A stretch of 64,000 nt of DNA from Thermoanaerobaculia bacterium (lineage in GTDB: Bacteria > Acidobacteriota > Thermoanaerobaculia > UBA5066 > Gp7-AA6), in contig DATBFU010000085.1 in NCBI GenBank assembly GCA_036558325.1, positions 4,763 through 68,762 on the forward strand, written 5' to 3'. Numbering within the stretch: position 1 is the stretch's first letter; every line of letters starts with the position of its first letter. Made by a program: the position numbers and the translations under genes. Shown here piece after piece: positions 8,660 through 16,142 of the stretch. The notes under the pieces are model-generated. The model was given only the letters and a program-made list of their open reading frames with translations. It ran no database searches and was not told the DNA's origin.

Positions 8660-9526
8660 ATGGATTCCGTTCGCATCGGTTCCGAGGAGCACAAGCGACT
8701 CTTCTGCCGGACGTTCGTCGAGACCCACGATCCGTTCAAGCCCGAAGCGATCGTCTGGCCGGACCTCGACGCGGAGAGTCTCGCGCGGCTCAAGTCGCTT
8801 CCCGTCTGGAACGAGGCCGCGCGCACCGAGGCGGCGACGGCGGTCAAGGTCCAGGCGCTCGGCCGGACGGAGACCGATCCGATCCTCGCCGAGGCCATCG
8901 CTCTCCAGGGCTACGAGGAGGGCCGCCATGCCGACGTCATCCGGCGGCTGACCTCCTTCTACGGCATTCCCGTCAAGCCTTTCCCCGAGCCCGAGGCGCC
9001 GAAAAACCCCACCTGGACTTTTCTCCGAACCGGCTACGGCGAGTGCCTCGATTCCTTCTTCGCGTTCGGCCTCTTCTCGCTCGGGAGCAAGTCCGGCCTC
9101 TTTCCCGACAAGGTCGTCGCCGTCTTCGAGACGATCATGCAGGAGGAGGCGCGCCACATCCTCTTCATCGTCAACTGGGCCGCGTATCTGCGCGCGCAGC
9201 GTCCGCTGCCGCTGCGCCCCGCCTTCGACGCGCGACGGGCCTGGAACGTCGTCGCGCAGGCGGTGGACCGGGTGCGCGGCGCCATGCAGCTCGGCGGCGG
9301 CGGCGGCGATGAGCAGTACGGCTTCACGCTCTCGAGCCACACGAGCTTCTCGGACTTCTCGCTGAGGCCGTTCCTGGAGCTGTGCCTCTCGGAGAACGAG
9401 CGCCGCTTCGCGCCCTACGACCGGCGCCTGCTGCGGCCGACGCTCGTGCCGTCGGCGGTCAAGGCGCTTCTGAAAGTGTTGCCGCGCGGGAAATCGGCGA
9501 CGCCTTCGAGCGCCGCCGCGGCCTGA
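8660..9526 (+). CDS. Ferritin-like di-iron carboxylate protein of unknown function
   Basis: AAGGAG lies 10 nt upstream of the ATG. There are two ExxH-type motifs about 85 residues apart (QGYEEGRHAD and IMQEEARHILF), as in di-iron oxygenase, desaturase or AurF-like folds. Third-position GC is high. The antisense ORF 8459..9340 is shadow-like. Confidence 0.7.
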   Translation: MDSVRIGSEEHKRLFCRTFVETHDPFKPEAIVWPDLDAESLARLKSLPVWNEAARTEAATAVKVQALGRTETDPILAEAIALQGYEEGRHADVIRRLTSFYGIPVKPFPEPEAPKNPTWTFLRTGYGECLDSFFAFGLFSLGSKSGLFPDKVVAVFETIMQEEARHILFIVNWAAYLRAQRPLPLRPAFDARRAWNVVAQAVDRVRGAMQLGGGGGDEQYGFTLSSHTSFSDFSLRPFLELCLSENERRFAPYDRRLLRPTLVPSAVKALLKVLPRGKSATPSSAAAA

Positions 9527-9533
9527 GCCCGAG

Positions 9534-9755
9534 TTAGAGGACCTTCTTCGCGCGGAGCTCGCGCAGGATCACCCAGCCGAGCAGCCCGGCCGCCAGCAGG
9601 AGGAGCGGCGGCCCGAGGAACATGAAGACGACGAACGTGTAGGCCGTCTCCTTGATGAGCAGGACGATCGCCAGCGCGAGCATCACCATCGTCGCGATCG
9701 CCGCAACCCGCAGCGCCTTCGCTTCCTTCGCCGACGCGGTCCGGATCTCGCTCAC
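9534..9755 (-). CDS. Small two-helix membrane protein (about 73 aa), last gene of the cytochrome operon
   Basis: The GTG at 9755 overlaps the stop of the tetraheme gene as GTGA. Hydrophobic segments are AAIATMVMLALAIVLLI and FVVFMFLGPPLLLLAAGLLGWVIL. An alternative ATG start at MVMLAL is possible. No family was recognised. Confidence 0.45.
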   Translation of the reverse strand: MSEIRTASAKEAKALRVAAIATMVMLALAIVLLIKETAYTFVVFMFLGPPLLLLAAGLLGWVILRELRAKKVL

Positions 9756-10468
9756 TTCATGGCCTGCTTTTCGGGCGGGGCCTCGGCCTTCTCGGGCGTG
9801 TGCGCCGGGCCGTGGCAGTCGAGGCAGGAATCCTGCCCCGCCATCAGCTTCGGAATCTCTTCCTTGTCGTGCTTCGCGAGGAAATTCTGGGCGCCGCCGT
9901 GGCATGAAAGGCAGCGGAGGTTCGAGTACGGGACCCGCACCTTCAACGGCAGCTCGTATTGGCCCGTGAGATTCCGATACGTGTGGCCGAGGCCCGCGAA
10001 TTTGGCGCCGAGCGTTCCGGTGAACCCGTAATCGCTGTGGCAGGTATAACAGTGGTTCTCCTGGATGTACCGGTTCTTGTAGTGCACGGCCGCGAGCGAT
10101 TCGCTCTTCGGATTGCGCAGATCGGTGAAATGGCCGTCCATGACGTGGCAGGCGCCGCACGCCTCGGTCTTCATGGACTCGCTCATTCCGTGCGCCGTCG
10201 CCAGGAAGAGCACGACGACGGGCAACACGACGATCGCGCCGAGAAGCATCGCCTTCGAAGCCGCCGTCACGCCCCGGCGCCGCACCATCCGCCACAGGAC
10301 GACGATCAGAATGAGATTCAGGGCGGCGAAGACGAGTCCGACGCCCTGAATCCACTGATTCGTCGTTCCGAGCCAACCGCGCGGATCCGGCACGCCGAAG
10401 TCGCGCGGAGCGCCCGCGAGCGCCGCCGGCGCGAGGAAAGCCGCGAGCGCGACGGCGCGGCGCTTCAC
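9752..10468 (-). CDS. Membrane-anchored tetraheme c-type cytochrome (NapC/NirT/CymA-like quinol dehydrogenase candidate)
   Basis: There are four CxxCH motifs: CGACH, CYTCH, CLSCH and CLDCH. Two N-terminal hydrophobic helices are present (GVGLVFAALNLILIVVLW, AMLLGAIVVLPVVVLFLATA). The start is reset to the GTG at 10468, which shares 1 nt with the upstream TAG stop. Confidence 0.8.
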   Translation of the reverse strand: MKRRAVALAAFLAPAALAGAPRDFGVPDPRGWLGTTNQWIQGVGLVFAALNLILIVVLWRMVRRRGVTAASKAMLLGAIVVLPVVVLFLATAHGMSESMKTEACGACHVMDGHFTDLRNPKSESLAAVHYKNRYIQENHCYTCHSDYGFTGTLGAKFAGLGHTYRNLTGQYELPLKVRVPYSNLRCLSCHGGAQNFLAKHDKEEIPKLMAGQDSCLDCHGPAHTPEKAEAPPEKQAMK

Positions 10469-10752
10469 TACTTCTTGCCCGGGTAGTCCTTCAACCAGGC
10501 CCCGTCCACGGCCTTGGCGCCGCGCTTGTCCTTCTCGGCCACGAGCCACTTGCCCGCGTCATTCAGGTCGTGCGCGTCCTTCTTGGGGAGCTTGTCGATG
10601 TGGCAGGTCGTGCAGTCCTTGACCGTCACGCCGGCGGCCTTGGCCTGTTTCTGAATGTTCATGTCAGCCGAAGACGTTCCGGAGAACGCGACCCAGCCGC
10701 CCCAGAAGAGAAGCGCCGCGGTCAACGCGAGACGGGAGCCCCTGGTCTTCAT
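10468..10752 (-). CDS. Small periplasmic monoheme c-type cytochrome (MtoD-like position)
   Basis: The start is reset to the ATG at 10752, preceded by GAGGAGG. It has a signal peptide (MKTRGSRLALTAALLFWGGWVAFSGTSSA) and a single CTTCH motif. The precursor is 94 aa. Confidence 0.75.
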   Translation of the reverse strand: MKTRGSRLALTAALLFWGGWVAFSGTSSADMNIQKQAKAAGVTVKDCTTCHIDKLPKKDAHDLNDAGKWLVAEKDKRGAKAVDGAWLKDYPGKK

Positions 10753-10786
10753 CGAGTTCCTCCTCAAAGAATGCGGAAATCCTACG

Positions 10787-12748
10787 TCACGGAGTCCAAT
10801 GGAGGAAGACCCCGTAGCGATTCGCGTTGTAGTCGGCCAGGCTCCCGGCCTGGTCGAACGCCGGCTTCTCGCCGTACTGGTCTCGGAGCCACTCGAACGC
10901 GGCGCCGTAGTGGGCATTGAAGGCGTATTCGGCGCGCGCCCGGACTCGGTTGATGGTGAAGGGAATCGACCCGACGTTCTTCATCCAGAGATACGCGCCG
11001 TCGAGCGTCAGGCTCTTCCAGAGGGCCCGGAGGCCGCCCTCCCACGTGTGTCCCATCTCCTTCTGCGCCTCGGGCACGATGTCGAAGTCCTGAGGCTGGC
11101 GGATCAGGATGCCGCGATCGACCTTGAACTCCCCCGCCGACGCGTGGAAGGTGAGGATCTTCGCGACCGGACCGACCTCGAGATCGGCGTTGAGCTCGCG
11201 GACCCGCGTGTTGTAGCCGATCTCGGGCGCGTCGCCGTGGGCCTGCGTCTCCTGCCACGTCCCGCCGATCCGCACGAGATCCTTCCACTTCCAGCCGCCC
11301 CGCAGCTTGAATCGGTCGCGCGCGGTGAAGTCCGTCCGGAAGATCGGCTGGTTGCCGTCGTCCCGCCGGTAGTCGGCGGAGGCCGTGAATCCGTCCTTCG
11401 CGTAGCTCACGCCCGCGCCGTAGGTGTTGACGGTCCGCGTGAAGTTCTGGCCGGGCTCCGCGGCGAGGATCTCGGAGCTCTGCGTCGAGAACGTGACGTC
11501 CTGATGCGTCTGCGACCATCCGGCGTTGAAGGCGAAAGGACCGAAGAGCCTCGCGGTGACCGTCGCGTCGAAGGTTCGATCCGTCCGGTCGATCGCCGAG
11601 TCGTACTGGACGAGCTTCTGGAGATCCCCCACGCTCACGCCGCCGTACGTCACGGTGTCGACGAAGAGGCTCGTCACGAGCGACAACCCGTCGAGCGTCC
11701 GGCTCTTCTCGGTCCAGCCGGCCGTCAGATCGACGTTCGGCGCGAGATTGACGTCGGCGCGCACCGAGCCGCGCCAGTAGTCGGTCTTGGCCTTGGCGCT
11801 GATCGTGTCGTCGAGCCCCGAGAAGAAACGCGCGATCTGAAACGAGACGAAGCTGCCGGTGTCGATCTCGCTCGACTGCGCGTCGCCGTTGGCGTCGGCG
11901 CGGATGTAGCTGCCGACGAGCTTGACGCGCGAGAAGATCGTCCCCGAGACCCAGGCGCTCGTGACCGGCGTGTTCACCCGGCTCGTGGTCGTGCGGTCGA
12001 TGCCGTCGGCCGTAATGGGCTGGCCGAGGATCGGGAAGTCGATGTTGCCGTTGCCCGCGCCGGCGCGGAGCGACGCGACGTCCGTCCACCGGTAGCGCCG
12101 CCATCCCTGGATCACGGCGCCGCGCACCGGCCCCACGTCGAAGGCGAGCCCGATGCGGTACTCGTCGTCCACCGCCTGCACGCGGTCGTCGAGCGCGAAC
12201 TCGTTCTCGCCGACGTGATACGTCGTCGTGCCCGGGCCGCGGTAGACGTTGCGCGTGAAGCCGAGGATGGGCGTGAGCTTCTTGCCGGGAAAGATCTCGA
12301 GCGTCGCGTCGTAGATGTCGCGCGAGCGGTTGTAGGTCTGCTGGCCCGGGACGATGCCCTCGTCGAGAAACGGGTTGGCGAACGCGGGCAGGGCGCTGTA
12401 GAGATTCGTCCGTCGCCAGCTGAAGTTCAGCCGGAAGGTATCGACCTGGCCGGCCCGGAAGCGCAGCGCGCCCGCCGGTCCCGCGCCGAGGTCGTCGGCA
12501 TCGACGTGCGCATAGTCGAAGACCCCGTCGAGCGGCCCCGCGGAGTCCCACGAGAGCGTCCGCAGGAGAAAGCCCGGGCGGTCGTTGATCTGGGAGCGGT
12601 ACATCTGGTCGTTGCCCGAGACGTCGACGAAGCGGTAGCCGAGCTCGAGCTCGGGCAGGGGCGCTTGCGTCTGCCCGAAGACCGCCCCGGCCGGAATCGC
12701 GGCGGCCAGGGCCCCCAGAGCCAGACGCGCGCGGATCGCCTTTCTCAT
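10787..12748 (-). CDS. Outer-membrane beta-barrel protein, MtrB/PioB-like (decaheme-associated porin)
   Basis: The 653-aa protein has a signal peptide (MRKAIRARLALGALAAAIPAGAVFGQ). It has alternating aromatic/polar beta-strand-like composition throughout and no cysteine. It starts 5 nt downstream of the periplasmic decaheme gene, which is the mtrA-mtrB arrangement. Confidence 0.75.
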   Translation of the reverse strand: MRKAIRARLALGALAAAIPAGAVFGQTQAPLPELELGYRFVDVSGNDQMYRSQINDRPGFLLRTLSWDSAGPLDGVFDYAHVDADDLGAGPAGALRFRAGQVDTFRLNFSWRRTNLYSALPAFANPFLDEGIVPGQQTYNRSRDIYDATLEIFPGKKLTPILGFTRNVYRGPGTTTYHVGENEFALDDRVQAVDDEYRIGLAFDVGPVRGAVIQGWRRYRWTDVASLRAGAGNGNIDFPILGQPITADGIDRTTTSRVNTPVTSAWVSGTIFSRVKLVGSYIRADANGDAQSSEIDTGSFVSFQIARFFSGLDDTISAKAKTDYWRGSVRADVNLAPNVDLTAGWTEKSRTLDGLSLVTSLFVDTVTYGGVSVGDLQKLVQYDSAIDRTDRTFDATVTARLFGPFAFNAGWSQTHQDVTFSTQSSEILAAEPGQNFTRTVNTYGAGVSYAKDGFTASADYRRDDGNQPIFRTDFTARDRFKLRGGWKWKDLVRIGGTWQETQAHGDAPEIGYNTRVRELNADLEVGPVAKILTFHASAGEFKVDRGILIRQPQDFDIVPEAQKEMGHTWEGGLRALWKSLTLDGAYLWMKNVGSIPFTINRVRARAEYAFNAHYGAAFEWLRDQYGEKPAFDQAGSLADYNANRYGVFLHWTP

Positions 12749-12752
12749 GCGC

Positions 12753-13745
12753 CTACTTCAAGAACACCGGCGACAGATTCGAGCCGTGCACCGCCACGTG
12801 GCAGCTCGTGCAGTTGCGATAGCGCGGCAGCGTCAGGTCGTGGAAGGACGGAGGCTGACCGCCGGCGGTCGCCGGGCCGCCCGTCTGCGAGTGGCACGAC
12901 AGGCACATCTGGTCGACGCGCGACCAGAGAAGCATCTTCGGATTGTTCGAGCCGTGCGGCTGATGACACGAGAGGCAGTCGCCGGCCGTCCCCGTGACGT
13001 GATCGAAGACGAAGGGGCCGCGCTTTTCCGCGTGGCAGTTCAGGCAGGCGAGCTCGCCGTCGCGGGTGAGCTTGACCGTCCGTCCCTTGCGGTCGTGCGG
13101 GTCGTGGCAGTCGACGCACGTCATCCCGCCGCGGTCGAGACGGTGGGCGTAGGGCTTGTTGCGGAAGGAAGACGCGATGCCCGCATGACAGGTCTGGCAG
13201 AGCTCGCCCGGTTTCTTCGCGAGCAGGAACGGCTCCGTCTTGGGACCTCCGTGGACCGCGTGACATGAGAGACAGTTGACGGCCGCCGAGTTGGCGTGGA
13301 ACCCCGTCGTGAACGAGGCGTGCTCGTTCGACTTCTCGTGACAGGAAAGGCACAGCTCCGCGCCTTCGGCGCCATGGAATCGCTGGATCAGCGTCGCGTC
13401 GCCGCCGGCTTCGACGTGCTTTGTCCCGTCGCCGTGGCAGGTCGAGCAGAATTCCTCGAGCTCCGGCTTCTTGCCCTTGTGCGACCAGCGCGCGTGGGGA
13501 TTCGAGCCGAAGGCAGCGACGAGATCCGTGTGGCAGTCGGCGCACTTGGGAAGCGGCTCCGCCGCCTTCGCGGCTTCGGGGGCCGGAGTGGTCTCGGCAG
13601 ACGGCGCCGCGGCCGGGGCCGGAGTCGCTGCCGGCGTCGGCGTCGCCGCCGGAGCGGGCGTCGGCGACTCCTGCGCCGGAGCCAGAACGCCGACCGCCAG
13701 AAGGAACCCCGCGAGCCCGAGCGCGGTGCGTCCCCGCGACATCAA
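12753..13745 (-). CDS. Periplasmic decaheme c-type cytochrome, MtrA/DmsE/MtoA family
   Basis: The 330-aa protein has a signal peptide and exactly ten CxxCH motifs: CADCH, CSTCH, CLSCH, CLSCH, CQTCH, CVDCH, CLNCH, CLSCH, CLSCH and CTSCH. Every cysteine is in a heme motif. Size and heme density match MtrA-type proteins. Confidence 0.9.
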   Translation of the reverse strand: MMSRGRTALGLAGFLLAVGVLAPAQESPTPAPAATPTPAATPAPAAAPSAETTPAPEAAKAAEPLPKCADCHTDLVAAFGSNPHARWSHKGKKPELEEFCSTCHGDGTKHVEAGGDATLIQRFHGAEGAELCLSCHEKSNEHASFTTGFHANSAAVNCLSCHAVHGGPKTEPFLLAKKPGELCQTCHAGIASSFRNKPYAHRLDRGGMTCVDCHDPHDRKGRTVKLTRDGELACLNCHAEKRGPFVFDHVTGTAGDCLSCHQPHGSNNPKMLLWSRVDQMCLSCHSQTGGPATAGGQPPSFHDLTLPRYRNCTSCHVAVHGSNLSPVFLK

Positions 13746-13763
13746 ACCCTCACTTCCCTCGAA

Positions 13764-13782
13764 AGGCCGGAAAGTACGGCCT
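13764..13782 (-). other. Intercistronic hairpin between the MtrC-like and MtrA-like genes
   Basis: AGGCCG-N7-CGGCCT forms a 6-bp GC stem in the 51-nt spacer. On the coding strand it is followed by GGGAAGTGAGGG (SD-like) and the ATG at 13745. The function is unknown. Confidence 0.3.
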
Positions 13783-13796
13783 CGTCGCCACCGCTC

Positions 13797-15905
13797 TTAC
13801 CGCGCGTGAACCTTGTCGACCGCTTCCTCGCCGTCGGTCCCGTGACACACCGCGCACGCTTCGCCGAACGGAGCCGTCATGAGGAAGGCATGGGCCGCGG
13901 CCGCCTGGGTGTCGTGACACCCGAGGCAGGCGGCAGCGTAGTGGAACTGCGGCGTGTACCAGTCGCGTGGCGTCGCGGTCTTCAGCCAGCCGGCCGGCGG
14001 CGTGCCGATGACTTCCTGCGAGTCCGGCACGTGGCACTTCTCGCAGTCGCGCCGGTCGCCGGGGAATCGCACCTCGTTGAAGTTGTTCACGCTCGGCGGC
14101 GTTCCAAACCCGAAGATCGTGAAGTCGTGCGTCAGATCCTCGCCCGTGTGGATCCGGTGGATCATCCGCTTGAAGTCGATCGACTCGACGGGCAGCTGGT
14201 CGGCCGGACGCCGCGACCCGTCGTCTCCGTTCGGGTTGTGGCAGATGACGCACTCTTCCGTGTTCAGGCGCTGGCCGCCGTGGAGGGCCAGCCGGTCGTG
14301 GCAGGTGTTGCAGAGCGCGAGGTCCACGACCTGCCGCCGCGGCGCGATCGCGCTGCCGTCCACCGAGGCATACGTGACCGGGTTGAACGCGGCCTCATTG
14401 AAGCTCGAGGTGTCGGGCGCCGGCGGATCGAGCGTGATGGTCCGGCGCGCCTCGATCGAGAACGCCCAGGTGCCGGTCGCGTCGCCCGGAATCGCGTTGG
14501 TGAACGTGTAGGACGCCACGGACCCGTTGAAGCTCGCTCCGTCGGCGCGCTCGCGGAACGGCTGGATCGAGTAATCGACCGTGGGGCCGCCCATGAGAAG
14601 GTTCAGGTTGGAGCCGAGAGTCGAGGGATCGACGATCGCGCCGTCATTCTCGGTCAGCTTGAAGGTGACCGTCGGCTTCTGACCGCGGCTCGTGTTCGCC
14701 ACGGAGAGGATCTGCGCGTTCAGCCCCTTCAGCTGCGCCGCGCGATAGGGCACCGTGTGCGCTCCCATGATCGAAGCGTCGAAGTCCCGGTCGCCCTGGG
14801 GCCGATGGCAGTTCGCGCACTGCGAGTCGTCCGCCTCCGGTCCACCCGGATGATTCTCCCCGGTCACGAAATTCACGTCGTCGTGGCAGGACTGGCACGC
14901 TGCGCGCGTCGGATAGGTGAACCAGTTGGACGCCTGCGTCGTGTCGGTGGGCGTGCCCGCCTTGCCGTGGCAAGTCGTGCAGTTGCGGATGTCCTGGGGG
15001 AAGGCCACGGTCGAGAAGTCGTGGACCGAGGCGTTGTTTCCGATGATCACGTAGGGCGTGCCCGCTTGCACGCTCGGAAGGTCCTCGCCCCGATGGATCT
15101 TGTGGATCATGACCTTGAAGTCCACCGTGTTGCCGGTATCGGGATCCGTCGTCTGCGGGCTGTGGCACGTCACGCAGAGCTTCACGTCCTGGCGCGAGCC
15201 GCCGTGAGCGGAGAGCGGGTTGTGGCAGGTATTGCAGGCGGCGTTCGAGACGACGTCCCACGTGTCGGTGACGGTGCCGGCGTCCGGCCGGAAGTCGTGC
15301 TCGACGTTCGCGTAATAGTCCTTGCCGAGGATGTCGCTCGTGTCGCGGGTCGCGTAGATCGCGAGCGTGTGCGTCTTCGTCGGGTCGTAAGGCACGCCAT
15401 TCACCGACGTGACGACGGTCTTGAAACGATAGGTCGAGTGACCGATCGAGAGATCCGTCCATGTGCCGCCGGAGTCCGCGGCGGCCTGCGTCGCCATGAC
15501 GCCGTTGCCGCCGGTCTGCACGCGCGTCGTGTAGGCCGTGTACTGACGAAGCGTCGGGTCCCACCGTGCGAGGACGAGGCTCACGGAGAGCGCGCCCGGC
15601 GTGACCTGCCCGAGCCGGTCGAGCGGCTGGTTTCCGTCGTCGGTGAAGGACAGATCGGCCACCGCCCGTCCGTCGGCGGGGATCATGACGCTGTTGACCG
15701 TGATGTGGAAGCCGGGGCGGATGAAGTCGAACTGGTCCTGCGTCAGCCAGAATTCTTTCGCGCTCGACGGGTACTTCGACTGAGGCGAGTCGGCGGCAGG
15801 CCCCCCGCGCAGCCCGACGACGCGCGCCGTTCGGGAGTCGGCGGGCGATAACGGAACGAGCGCCATGAAACCGACCGCGAGCAAAGCCCCCCGCTTCGCC
15901 AACAT
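13797..15905 (-). CDS. Decaheme c-type cytochrome with MtrC/OmcA-type architecture (candidate cell-surface terminal reductase)
   Basis: The 702-aa protein has ten CxxCH motifs arranged 5 + 5: CNTCH, CVTCH, CTTCH, CQSCH, CANCH, then a Cys-free segment of about 130 aa, then CNTCH, CVICH, CEKCH, CLGCH, CAVCH. A heme-free N-terminal domain of about 220 aa precedes them. There is an internal duplication, CNTCH..HGG.R..C..CH.P..DFK.MIH.IH.GEDL. GGAGGTGGG lies upstream of the ATG. Confidence 0.85.
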   Translation of the reverse strand: MLAKRGALLAVGFMALVPLSPADSRTARVVGLRGGPAADSPQSKYPSSAKEFWLTQDQFDFIRPGFHITVNSVMIPADGRAVADLSFTDDGNQPLDRLGQVTPGALSVSLVLARWDPTLRQYTAYTTRVQTGGNGVMATQAAADSGGTWTDLSIGHSTYRFKTVVTSVNGVPYDPTKTHTLAIYATRDTSDILGKDYYANVEHDFRPDAGTVTDTWDVVSNAACNTCHNPLSAHGGSRQDVKLCVTCHSPQTTDPDTGNTVDFKVMIHKIHRGEDLPSVQAGTPYVIIGNNASVHDFSTVAFPQDIRNCTTCHGKAGTPTDTTQASNWFTYPTRAACQSCHDDVNFVTGENHPGGPEADDSQCANCHRPQGDRDFDASIMGAHTVPYRAAQLKGLNAQILSVANTSRGQKPTVTFKLTENDGAIVDPSTLGSNLNLLMGGPTVDYSIQPFRERADGASFNGSVASYTFTNAIPGDATGTWAFSIEARRTITLDPPAPDTSSFNEAAFNPVTYASVDGSAIAPRRQVVDLALCNTCHDRLALHGGQRLNTEECVICHNPNGDDGSRRPADQLPVESIDFKRMIHRIHTGEDLTHDFTIFGFGTPPSVNNFNEVRFPGDRRDCEKCHVPDSQEVIGTPPAGWLKTATPRDWYTPQFHYAAACLGCHDTQAAAAHAFLMTAPFGEACAVCHGTDGEEAVDKVHAR

Positions 15906-15994
15906 GGTCCCACCTCCGTGAACGGCTGACTTTTTCTACTACAGGTTCGAGGGTTCACCTAGTGGGACTTTAGGGCAGCGGCCGAGATGAACGA

Positions 15995-16012
15995 ATGATG
16001 AATCTGCATCAT
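15995..16012. promoter_or_regulatory. Perfect inverted repeat ATGATG-N6-CATCAT upstream of the MtrC-like gene (candidate operator)
   Basis: It lies in the comparatively AT-rich 237-nt spacer, 90-107 nt upstream of the ATG at 15905. It is seen directly in the sequence. No regulator can be assigned. Confidence 0.3.
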
Positions 16013-16142
16013 CGGCTCGGGGATCCGCCCTTCGTCCCGGACGGTCTCCGCGCTCCGGGCCTCTTTCTTGCAGCAAGGCCCGGTCGCCCAACCGGGCGCC
16101 GGGGAATCCTTGCGCCGGAGGAGGTGAGATGGAGGGCCGCTG

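Noticed and set aside
13296-15851. An 851-aa plus-strand ORF, along with similar giants: 10655..12997 (+), 17628..20231 (-), 20198..22813 (-), 31687..34875 (+), 32267..34867 (-), 42279..46136 (-), 53463..56801 (-), 54470..56809 (+).
   Set aside because: They lie antisense to, or out of frame with, genes that have strong family signatures (MtrC-like, fdnG, clpB, RND pump and others). Their products are Arg/Gly/Pro/Ala/Asp-rich low-complexity strings with no motifs. Long stop-free shadow frames are expected in DNA this GC-rich.
15991-16012. A Fur box upstream of the MtrC-like gene.
   Set aside because: The palindrome ATGATG-N6-CATCAT is real. However, aligning it to GATAATGATAATCATTATC requires an indel and gives poor identity. 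Calling it a Fur site would be over-interpretation, so it is kept only as an unassigned candidate operator.
16078-16097. A hairpin, GCCCGG-N8-CCGGGC, downstream of sqs as a possible intrinsic terminator.
   Set aside because: On the sqs coding strand it is not followed by a T-run (cttgctgcaag follows it), and the stem is short. It is not convincing as a rho-independent terminator.
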